Source: an uncultured Eggerthellaceae bacterium (GTDB lineage Bacteria > Actinomycetota > Coriobacteriia > Coriobacteriales > Eggerthellaceae). Taken from it: DNA of 61,922 nucleotides. Both the position numbers and the translations under genes were made by a program. Within the stretch, counting starts at the first letter, position 1, and every line of letters starts with the position of its first letter. The DNA is taken from positions 1 to 61,922 of the forward strand of contig CAKTYF010000001.1 in the NCBI GenBank assembly GCA_934631995.1. The letters run 5' to 3'. Of the stretch, positions 8,510-16,650 are shown piece after piece. The notes below the pieces were generated by a model. That model searched no databases. It was given only the letters and a program-made list of their open reading frames with translations, and was not told where the DNA came from.

Positions 8510-11500
8510 ATGCGAAATGCCCCATTTCGAAAAAACCTGGGAGCTTTGACCAACAAAGCGTTTCGGGTTTTTTTGACGGGATCTATTGTTCTGTCATTTA
8601 GTCCGGCAACGGCTTTGGCAAGCGAGATTCCCCAGGACGGAAGTGCATCAAGTGCGTTGACCTCATGGATGCAAACGCAAAAAGAAGAACCGGCCGACAC
8701 CAGTGCTACCAACATCGATTCGACCGATTCCTCTGAAGTAGAGAACATGATGCTCTCTGAAGGAAATTATACCCAATTTGCACTTTCTCCGGCCACCCTT
8801 TCTGCTTTTGAAGCAGGGAAAACTTACGCTCCGGGTGTGTATACGGGCAACGCGACCGTGACCAACAAGGGCGCCGACGATTGGACGACGTACCAGATTT
8901 CCGTAAACGTCACCATTGACGAGAGCGGAAAAATCAGCGCAGTGGCGCTTACGGATGATTCCTACAAAAATGCCGCTGCTGACAGCTCCGATAACGAAAC
9001 GTATCTCGAAAACGCCGAGCTGGGAACGCGTAAGGCAACGGGCGTAGCAGCGCAGATTGTGCAGGCGCAATCCGTTGAAGGGGTGCAGGCTGTTTCCGGA
9101 GCCACGTATTCAAGCGCCGCGCTTGTGCAGGCGGTAGCGGATGCGCTGTCGAAGGCGGTTGCCGAAACACCCGACGAGTACGTGTACTTGTATGCTGCGA
9201 TTCCCTATAGCGAGTACTATGCCGCAGAAGACGTGCAGGCGGCGGGATCCAATGCTGCCGGCACCCAGGTGGATACGCACAACGAAGCAGATACGGGTGC
9301 GTTTGACGTTGTTTCCCGTGCCACAACGAATCACGGCCTTCATCGCGGCAGCTACCAAAACACGGCCATTATTTATGGTACAAGTGGTGCAACCTATAAC
9401 GTGAGTTCGTGGAATAGCGGTTCAGAAGCTGTTTTGGAAGATGGAACAACTATTACGTTTAGCCGCGGCAACATTACCGCAGGTGAGACGACCGACGTTA
9501 TGGACCACTACGAGATTACGGGCTTCAAATACGTTCCCGTTGCGGTAAAAAGCGCCGATTCGGATGCCTTCAAAGCAAAGTATTCCGTGGTAGAAAACGG
9601 CGGCACGCTTGCGGGGGGCTATACCGAACAGCAGTTGAACAGCTACAACGTTGTTGCCAACGTAGATGCAAACACGAATGGCTTGAAAGTTGCTACGAAA
9701 AACGATGAAACGGGCGACTTCTCGTTCGGAAAGCGCCAGACGGGAACAACTTCGGGCGTGAAAGATTCTGCGCTGAAAGTAGCCGATGTTTCCACGTTGG
9801 GCGTAACAACGAAAAACGCGAAGACAGGTGCGGCGCTTGCTGGTTCGTATGGCGATTTCCTGCGTGTTGACTTGAAATCGAATTATGGCGACCTGGGCGC
9901 CAATATGCAGGCGGTTTTCTGGGAGTATTACGGCTCGGGCGATACGGTGCTGGCAACGTACGGAACGAAGTTCGCTGCGGATAACTGGATGCATAAGTCC
10001 AATGGCATTCAGCTGGGCCTTACGGAATCGGCGCGTTGCACGCTTCCCCAGGGCACCGATGGCACGGGCAAATGGAAAGTGACTATTTGCGCTTTGGGCT
10101 ACGAAGATACCGTTTTGACGCTGGACGTCGATGAAGGCGACATCAACAACGCGCATGTGGTAAGCAGCACGGAAGCTCTTGAGCAGGCAATATCCGCCGC
10201 AGAAGCCTTGACTGAAGCCGACTACACTGCTGCATCGTGGGCTTCGCTTTCCGTTGAGCTGGGCGAGGCGAAAGAGCAGCTTGCCCTTGCTCAGCAAGGT
10301 CCCACCAAGACCACCCAGGAAGCCGTTGACGAAGCGACTTCCCATTTGAACGAAGCAATAAAGAACCTGGTACATGCAGGCTTTACCACATGGGCCGCTA
10401 ATTATGCCGAACTCGGCGTGGACACGTCCACGGGCTACGATGCGGTCTCTTCGGCAACGAACTTCACCAGCCGTCACGCAAAAGACATTCCGGCTAACGT
10501 GCAGCGTGCGACCGGCGAAAACGGCACGGTAACGCTTACCGGCGTGAACAAAACCACAAAGGAAGCCACGGTTTCTCCGACTGTTTCTTCTTCCAGTTTT
10601 GCCTATAGCAACAAATACGGTACGGGTGAATTTGTTGTTGTGCCTGATGATACCGTTGAAGGCTACGTTTGGAACGAGTATCTGAATGCGATTACCGCCA
10701 TCACCATCAGCGACGGAACAACTACGGTAGGCACGCTGCCGTGGATTGACTATTACGGCGAGAACTCAACGGCGGGATTCCATTACAACAAGATTGAAAT
10801 CGCTGTGAATAGCGGCGAATCTGTTGGCTCGAATAAGGCGAATGTGACGCGTTTTGCTCCGTTCTACAATGAAGGCGCATCGCAAATTAAGGCGGGAACG
10901 TATACGATCACGGTTTACGCCGATGGCTACCAACCCCTTTCTACCGGCGTGAACGTTCTTCCCACGGCTGAGCAGCCGCTTTCGGTGAGAAGCACGTATG
11001 ATGGTGCGGCGGTAAAGCTTTCGGGCATGCCTGAAGACATGACGGGCGCAACGGCAACAGTTTCTTACACCGTTGGTTCGGGCCGCAACGCCAAGACGTA
11101 CTACCTTGCTCAGGACGCCGCAATATCCAATGGCGTTGTCAAGCTTTCGGAGTCTATGGTTGCAGGGACCACATACACCGTGGCAGTGAACAGCGCGAAC
11201 TACGCGCCTATGACGGCAAGCTTTACTCAGCAGGCCGAAGCAACCCTGACGCTTGATTTGGCTACTACGGCAACAAATCTCAAGGTGAGCGACACGTTTA
11301 ACGTGGCTATCTCCATGAAGGGCGACAAGATTACCACGGCTCAGGGCACGCTTTCGTTTGATGATAAAGTTGTCCGCCTGACGGGCTTTAGCACTGAGAA
11401 TTCTCAGCTTTCCGAAAAAGACAATTTCAAATGGACCGATGCAGGAATGTTTAGCTTCTTCGGAAACGATGCTGACTTTACCGAAGGTGGCGTTGTCGCT

Positions 11501-11881
11501 CAAGCGCAGTTCGAAGTCATTGGTGCGGGCGCCACGACTATCGCCCTGGATTCTTCTGCCGATAACGTTGCAAGTGTAGAAGGAAGCACGCGCGATCATG
11601 CCATTGTTGCTGGTGTTGCGGCCGAGGTGAGCGTGATTTCCGCACAAGCCGTAAAGGGCGACGTGAACAATAACGGTGCGATTAATATTGTGGACGCTCA
11701 GATTGCCTATGACCTTGCAACGAAGGTAATCGGGCCTGATTATGCGTCGCTTTTGTCAGTTGGCGAAGGCTGGTCGAAGGCTACCGTTGAATATACCGCC
11801 AATGTTAACGGCGATGATGCCATCGACGCTGCCGACGCATTTGCAATCCAGCATTATGCGCTTTTCAAATCGTGGGAATAA
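8510..11881 (+). CDS. Large secreted FMN-binding-domain surface protein with FIVAR-like, cohesin-like and dockerin-like modules
   Basis: 1123 aa with a signal peptide. The FMN_bind domain carries the flavinylation motif VSGATYSS. The C-terminus carries cohesin-like and dockerin repeats (GDVNNNGAINIVDA, ANVNGDDAIDAADA). Confidence 0.8.
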   Translation: MRNAPFRKNLGALTNKAFRVFLTGSIVLSFSPATALASEIPQDGSASSALTSWMQTQKEEPADTSATNIDSTDSSEVENMMLSEGNYTQFALSPATLSAFEAGKTYAPGVYTGNATVTNKGADDWTTYQISVNVTIDESGKISAVALTDDSYKNAAADSSDNETYLENAELGTRKATGVAAQIVQAQSVEGVQAVSGATYSSAALVQAVADALSKAVAETPDEYVYLYAAIPYSEYYAAEDVQAAGSNAAGTQVDTHNEADTGAFDVVSRATTNHGLHRGSYQNTAIIYGTSGATYNVSSWNSGSEAVLEDGTTITFSRGNITAGETTDVMDHYEITGFKYVPVAVKSADSDAFKAKYSVVENGGTLAGGYTEQQLNSYNVVANVDANTNGLKVATKNDETGDFSFGKRQTGTTSGVKDSALKVADVSTLGVTTKNAKTGAALAGSYGDFLRVDLKSNYGDLGANMQAVFWEYYGSGDTVLATYGTKFAADNWMHKSNGIQLGLTESARCTLPQGTDGTGKWKVTICALGYEDTVLTLDVDEGDINNAHVVSSTEALEQAISAAEALTEADYTAASWASLSVELGEAKEQLALAQQGPTKTTQEAVDEATSHLNEAIKNLVHAGFTTWAANYAELGVDTSTGYDAVSSATNFTSRHAKDIPANVQRATGENGTVTLTGVNKTTKEATVSPTVSSSSFAYSNKYGTGEFVVVPDDTVEGYVWNEYLNAITAITISDGTTTVGTLPWIDYYGENSTAGFHYNKIEIAVNSGESVGSNKANVTRFAPFYNEGASQIKAGTYTITVYADGYQPLSTGVNVLPTAEQPLSVRSTYDGAAVKLSGMPEDMTGATATVSYTVGSGRNAKTYYLAQDAAISNGVVKLSESMVAGTTYTVAVNSANYAPMTASFTQQAEATLTLDLATTATNLKVSDTFNVAISMKGDKITTAQGTLSFDDKVVRLTGFSTENSQLSEKDNFKWTDAGMFSFFGNDADFTEGGVVAQAQFEVIGAGATTIALDSSADNVASVEGSTRDHAIVAGVAAEVSVISAQAVKGDVNNNGAINIVDAQIAYDLATKVIGPDYASLLSVGEGWSKATVEYTANVNGDDAIDAADAFAIQHYALFKSWE

Positions 11882-11961
11882 TTTTCCACCATCTTTTTAG
11901 CAGTGCTTTTCAAGGTTCGGGCCTCGTTTTGGGGCCCGAATCGGCGTGAAAAGGAGTAACA

Positions 11962-13356
11962 ATGAAGTCAACAGCGCCATCGGAGTCGTCGTCTTCGCAG
12001 GTGAGCGCGCCGTCAAAACGCGCACGTCTTGCGCAGCTTGTCTTTTTGGTTCCAGGGTTTGCCGTAGCCGTTGCGGTTGGAGCGTCTATTGCGGGGTACG
12101 AGCCGCTTGTTTTTGATCCGTCGCTTTATGAGATTTCTGCCCCTGTCCAGGCGCAAGCGCTTGAGATTATTGACCCGAACGAAACAAGCGTGCGTGAAAC
12201 GGGTCGCGAATACGATGGATCGCTTGATCAAGAATCGTTCGAAATGCCAGCAAATGGCCTGGTAGATGGCGTGTATACCGCAGCTGCGTACGGCTATAAG
12301 AGCGACATCGAGGTTCAAGTGACCATTTTGCAAGGGGAAATCGTTGCAATCGATATTCTCTCGCAAAATGAAGATGCCGCTTACTTCAACCGTGCGATTG
12401 GAGTGGTGTCGTCCGTTTTGGCTGCCCAGAGCACGTCGGTTGATGCGGTGAGCGGAGCAACGTTTTCCAGCAAGGGAATCCTGCAGGCAATCAACAGGTG
12501 CCTTGCCCAGGCGGCCGCTAACCAAGACAGCATGACAGGCGAAGATTCTTCCGCGCCAGATGGCCCCGATACCCCTGCGGCGTCCGTTAAGCCGAGCGTT
12601 CCCAGTGCGCCTGTGGCGCCTGGTGAATCGACCGACCTTGAGGTCGAAGGGCTTTTGGATGGCGAATACACCTCGTATACGTATTGTGCCGACGAAAAGA
12701 ATCCCGATGCCTATCGGCCGTATTACCTTGCGGTAACCATTCGGGTTGAACAGGGCGCGGTTGCGGAAATTGTTGATGTTTACGGAACGGGGTCAGGCGA
12801 AAAAGACGCAGCTGAACTGGGAGAATACGACACAAAAAACGATACGTATCTCGATTGGGCGGCATGGGGAAGAACCATTCGCAGCGAGCACGTTACCTAT
12901 ACGGGCGTTGCTGACCAGATTGAAGCGGCCCATTATCAGCGCGTAGAGTCCTATGATGTGGTAAGTGGTGCTACGTATTCATCGGCGGCAGTTGCGAAAG
13001 GCTATAACGCCGCTCTTGATAAGGCGCGCCTGGCGTTCGCAGAGGCGTATCGCGCGGGGCTGATTGACAAGGATGGCAACCCCATAAAGCCAGAGGCCGA
13101 TAAATCCCCTTCTGATCAGCAAGAGGCGGTCGAGCCGGAAAAGAAGCCGGGGCTCGTAGACAAGGATGGGAAGCCCGTAAAACCGGAAGTAGGCAATGCG
13201 CCCAATCAGCAAGAGACTACCGAGCCGGAAAAGAAGCCGGAACTCGTAGACAAAGACGACAATCCCATAAAGTCGGAAGCGGACAAAGTTCCGGGTCAGC
13301 AAGAAGCGGTCGAACCGGAAAGGAAAGACAGCGAAGCGTTGGGTGATCGCTCGTGA
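11962..13356 (+). CDS. Membrane-anchored protein with two FMN-binding domains
   Basis: 464 aa with an N-terminal TM helix. Two flavinylation motifs (VDAVSGATFSS, YDVVSGATYSS) and a C-terminal 3x ~30-aa repeat. Confidence 0.8.
   Translation: MKSTAPSESSSSQVSAPSKRARLAQLVFLVPGFAVAVAVGASIAGYEPLVFDPSLYEISAPVQAQALEIIDPNETSVRETGREYDGSLDQESFEMPANGLVDGVYTAAAYGYKSDIEVQVTILQGEIVAIDILSQNEDAAYFNRAIGVVSSVLAAQSTSVDAVSGATFSSKGILQAINRCLAQAAANQDSMTGEDSSAPDGPDTPAASVKPSVPSAPVAPGESTDLEVEGLLDGEYTSYTYCADEKNPDAYRPYYLAVTIRVEQGAVAEIVDVYGTGSGEKDAAELGEYDTKNDTYLDWAAWGRTIRSEHVTYTGVADQIEAAHYQRVESYDVVSGATYSSAAVAKGYNAALDKARLAFAEAYRAGLIDKDGNPIKPEADKSPSDQQEAVEPEKKPGLVDKDGKPVKPEVGNAPNQQETTEPEKKPELVDKDDNPIKSEADKVPGQQEAVEPERKDSEALGDRS
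13060..13332 (+). repeat. Coding tandem repeat, three units of 90-93 nt (L[IV]DKDGxP[IV]KPE...EPEKKP)
   Basis: Units start at 13060, 13153 and 13243. Confidence 0.8.
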
Positions 13357-13865
13357 TTCGCATCTTCGCAAAATATGAAGGGTTCTTGCTGCGTTGCCTT
13401 GGATTGGCGGTTGCGCTTGCTGCATTGTTTTCGTTTACGTCATGGGCTCAGGTTGCGAATGCCCATGATGAGCAGATCAAAGCTGAAATCCTTGAAGCTC
13501 AGCGCGCTATGCAACGCGGCTCTTATGCCACCGATGGCGTGTTTCAGGGTGAAGCAGAGGGCTACGGCGGCACCGTTTGCGTGCAGGTGACCATCGATAA
13601 CGGATTCATTACCCAGGTCGAGCTAATCAGTGCCGAAGGAGAAGGCCAAGCGTGGCTGAACATGTCGCTTCCTTTGCTGGACACCATTGTGCAGGAGCAA
13701 ACAACGCAAATTGATGTGGTAAGCGGTGCAACATTTTCTTCGTCGGGCATTTTGAACGGCGCAACAAGAGCGCTTGAACAGTCGGGCTTGGCGGGTTCGA
13801 GTGCTCCTGCGGCGGAAGATGAGAGTGCGAGTGTTTCAGAAAGTACCAATGAGCTGGGTAAATAA
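13353..13865 (+). CDS. Membrane-anchored FMN-binding-domain protein
   Basis: 170 aa. The GTG start overlaps the previous stop (GTGA). It has a signal anchor and the motif IDVVSGATFSS. Confidence 0.75.
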   Translation: MIRIFAKYEGFLLRCLGLAVALAALFSFTSWAQVANAHDEQIKAEILEAQRAMQRGSYATDGVFQGEAEGYGGTVCVQVTIDNGFITQVELISAEGEGQAWLNMSLPLLDTIVQEQTTQIDVVSGATFSSSGILNGATRALEQSGLAGSSAPAAEDESASVSESTNELGK

Positions 13866-13866
13866 T

Positions 13867-14829
13867 ATGAAAGATGGTAAGAAAGCAACAAAAGCACAGC
13901 AGCGCAAACAATCACAGCTAGCTCAAAAGGGAGTGCGCTGGGCTGTTCAAATCGTATTTTTCGTTGCGGCTCCCGGGGCATTCAGCGCTGCATTCAACGG
14001 CGTGAAATATATTGCGGGACAAATAGGCGGCCTTAAAGCTATAGAGCCAACGTCGTTTCTGCTTCTTTTGGCGGGTTTATGCGCATTCACGGTGGTCTTC
14101 GGCCGTTTCTTTTGCGGGTACGCGTGCGCATTCGGCACGCTCGGCGATGCGCTGTATCTGCTGTTCACGCCGCTTCGATCTTGGTATGCCAAGCATTTTC
14201 CCACGGCGAAAGCGCGCCCAAGCCTTCTTGCTGTTCTGCGGTTTGCGAAGGTTGTTGTTCTGGGTGCTATTTTCGCCCTGTGTTTTCGGGGGTCATACGA
14301 TTCTTCTTGGAGTCCGTGGACCGCGTTCGCTGGCTTTACCGGTGGCTCACTTGACGGAATCTCGATCATTGCATTTTCTGTACTTGCCGCAATAGCGGTG
14401 GGAATGGCCCTGGTCGAACGCTTCTTTTGTCGATTCCTTTGTCCGCTTGGTGCACTTTTTAGCCTGTTGCCCGTGCTGCCGATAAGCCAACTCAAGCGTA
14501 ATCCGCAGCGCTGTTCTTCGCGTTGCGAGGTCTGTCGTTCTGCCTGTCCGGTTCACATGCGTCCAGAACGCGGCGGTTTTGAAATGGGGGAATGCATTAC
14601 CTGTGGACGATGCGCTGCGGCATGCCCGATTGATAACATTTCTGTCGCCTCTTTGGCTTGTGCCGGCGATTGGTCGGAAAAAGGGACAGAGGAAACGGAG
14701 CGTATGGACAAGAAGGTGCAGGCGGAAAAGAAGCACTTTGTTCTTAAGGGGAATCATCCCTTGTGGGTAGTGGTGCGGGCCGCTTTGCTGCTTGCGTTGC
14801 TGTGGGTATTAGGTGCAGTGCGCTGGTAG
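13867..14829 (+). CDS. NapH/MauN-like integral-membrane 4Fe-4S polyferredoxin
   Basis: The internal ATG at 13867 lies 1 nt after the previous stop. Motifs CGYACAFG, CRFLCPLG, CEVCRSACP and CITCGRCAAACP, with several TM helices. Confidence 0.8.
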   Translation: MKDGKKATKAQQRKQSQLAQKGVRWAVQIVFFVAAPGAFSAAFNGVKYIAGQIGGLKAIEPTSFLLLLAGLCAFTVVFGRFFCGYACAFGTLGDALYLLFTPLRSWYAKHFPTAKARPSLLAVLRFAKVVVLGAIFALCFRGSYDSSWSPWTAFAGFTGGSLDGISIIAFSVLAAIAVGMALVERFFCRFLCPLGALFSLLPVLPISQLKRNPQRCSSRCEVCRSACPVHMRPERGGFEMGECITCGRCAAACPIDNISVASLACAGDWSEKGTEETERMDKKVQAEKKHFVLKGNHPLWVVVRAALLLALLWVLGAVRW

Positions 14830-15020
14830 CGCTTTTTGTTTGCGCGGGGCGTTATTTTTTACCGATATTTTGTTATCCAAGGTTTACTTTTGCTGGCGAT
14901 TCGTATAATGTTCACTGACGCTTACTTTTAAGAAGTGGGCGCAGATACATGAGCTGCTGCCGCTGGCGAGCATGCTCGTAGCGTTTTCGAGCAAGTTGCG
15001 GTGAAAAGGAGAAGCAAAAT

Positions 15021-16070
15021 ATGATGTCACGCCCGTTGTCCCGAAGGTCTTTTTTGGGCGCCGCGTTGCTCGGTCTTGCAGGATCGGCCTGCGTTTTGCC
15101 TGCTTGTTCGTCTTTCGCTTCGTCGCCGAGCACGCAAAACTCCGACCAAACAGCATCTGATTCTGCTTCTACCATGCAGAAGCGTTCGATTTTCGTATTC
15201 GACACCGAGGTCTCTCTTTCTGCGGCATGTTCCGAAGAAGTCATGGATCAGGCCGTGCAACGCTGCTATTACTTCGAGAATATTTTGTCTCGCACGGTAG
15301 AGGGAAGCGATGTTTGGCGCATCAATCAGGCGCAAGGCGCTCCCGTGCAAGTTGCTGCCGAAACGGCGGCATGCATACAGGCGTCGTTGAACTATGCGCG
15401 TTCAACTCAAGGGCTTTTCGATATCACAATTGGTGCGGTCAGTTCGTTGTGGGATTTTCATAACAACATAAAGCCTGATGATAGTGCGATTCAGGAAGCT
15501 CTTTCCCACGTTGGTTACGAAAACGTTCAGGTGCAGGACAATATGGTCACGCTTGCTGACCCCCAGGCGAAAATCGATTTGGGTGGCATTGCAAAAGGAT
15601 TTATTGCCGATGATTTGCACGATTTCTTCGTGGAGGCCGGCTGCAAGAGCGGCATTATCAATCTGGGCGGCAACATCATGTTGATTGGCACGAAAGAAGA
15701 TGGCTCTCCGTGGCACGTGGGCGTGCAAGATCCCAATAATGCAAGGAATGTTTGCATTGCAAGTGCCGATTGCGCGGATGAGTCGGTGGTGACCAGCGGT
15801 TTGTACGAGCGCTACTTCGAGCAAGACGGCGTGATGTACTACCACATCCTTGATCCGCGAACGGGCTACCCCGCGCAAACGGATTTGCTGGCGTCTTCGA
15901 TTTGCTCAAAGAGATCCATTGACGGCGATGCCTTGGCAACGGCGCTTTTCATTATGGGCAAAGACCGGGCGCTTGAGTTTATCGAGCAGTCAGGGGGCCT
16001 GGAGGCGCTGGTAGTTGATGGTGACGATCAAATCTCACTGTCTGCCGGTGCGCGGTTTCAAGCGGTATAG
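15021..16070 (+). CDS. apbE: ApbE-family FAD:protein FMN transferase lipoprotein
   Basis: Tat/lipobox-like leader RRSFLGAALLGLAGSAC and ApbE motifs DLGGIAKGF and VVTSGLYERYF. Confidence 0.85.
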   Translation: MMSRPLSRRSFLGAALLGLAGSACVLPACSSFASSPSTQNSDQTASDSASTMQKRSIFVFDTEVSLSAACSEEVMDQAVQRCYYFENILSRTVEGSDVWRINQAQGAPVQVAAETAACIQASLNYARSTQGLFDITIGAVSSLWDFHNNIKPDDSAIQEALSHVGYENVQVQDNMVTLADPQAKIDLGGIAKGFIADDLHDFFVEAGCKSGIINLGGNIMLIGTKEDGSPWHVGVQDPNNARNVCIASADCADESVVTSGLYERYFEQDGVMYYHILDPRTGYPAQTDLLASSICSKRSIDGDALATALFIMGKDRALEFIEQSGGLEALVVDGDDQISLSAGARFQAV

Positions 16071-16088
16071 GAAAAGTCCAGGTCAAAC

Positions 16089-16622
16089 ATGAATTCATTT
16101 CCAGTGAAAAATATCAAAGGGGAAGGCGACGCAGTACAGGGCGCTGCCGATGCCGCTACGGGCAAAACGGGCGAGAGAACACGAATGCGCGCTTCAGGAA
16201 AAGCAAGCAAGCGCAGCATGGCGGTGGTTGCCATCATATTCATAATTGCTTTAGGCGCTTATGGCGCTTCGCTTTTTTTGCTCGAGCAGCCGTCTTCGGC
16301 TTATGCTGTGGTTCATGCAAGCGATGGCTCGGAGGAAAAGCTAGCGCTGGACAAAGATACGACAATTACCGTTTCCACCGATTTGGGCTCGAATACCATC
16401 GTGGTGTCCAATGGTGCGGTGAGCGTGATTGACGCCGATTGCCCGAACCATGATTGCATTCAGCAAGGTGAGATTTCGAATGCGAGTCAGCAAATCGTTT
16501 GTCTGCCGCATAAGCTGTGGATTGAAGTTGTAGCGGAAGGCGCTGCCGACGGTGCGCGCGGTGCCGAAAGCCAAGAGTCCGCGAATGGTGCAGACGGCGT
16601 TTTCGATGCAACAACGCGATAA
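16089..16622 (+). CDS. NusG domain II-containing membrane protein
   Basis: TM anchor followed by ...VIDADCPNHDCIQQGEIS...IVCLPHKLWIEV, typical of NusG_II (DUF1312) proteins. Confidence 0.7.
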   Translation: MNSFPVKNIKGEGDAVQGAADAATGKTGERTRMRASGKASKRSMAVVAIIFIIALGAYGASLFLLEQPSSAYAVVHASDGSEEKLALDKDTTITVSTDLGSNTIVVSNGAVSVIDADCPNHDCIQQGEISNASQQIVCLPHKLWIEVVAEGAADGARGAESQESANGADGVFDATTR

Positions 16623-16650
16623 GCACTTGCGTGGTGAAATCAGAAAAAGC

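Noticed and set aside
13060-13332. Regular ~90-nt repeats that could be mistaken for a CRISPR-like array.
   Set aside because: The units are in-frame, contiguous and without spacers, inside a well-supported CDS. This is a protein tandem repeat.
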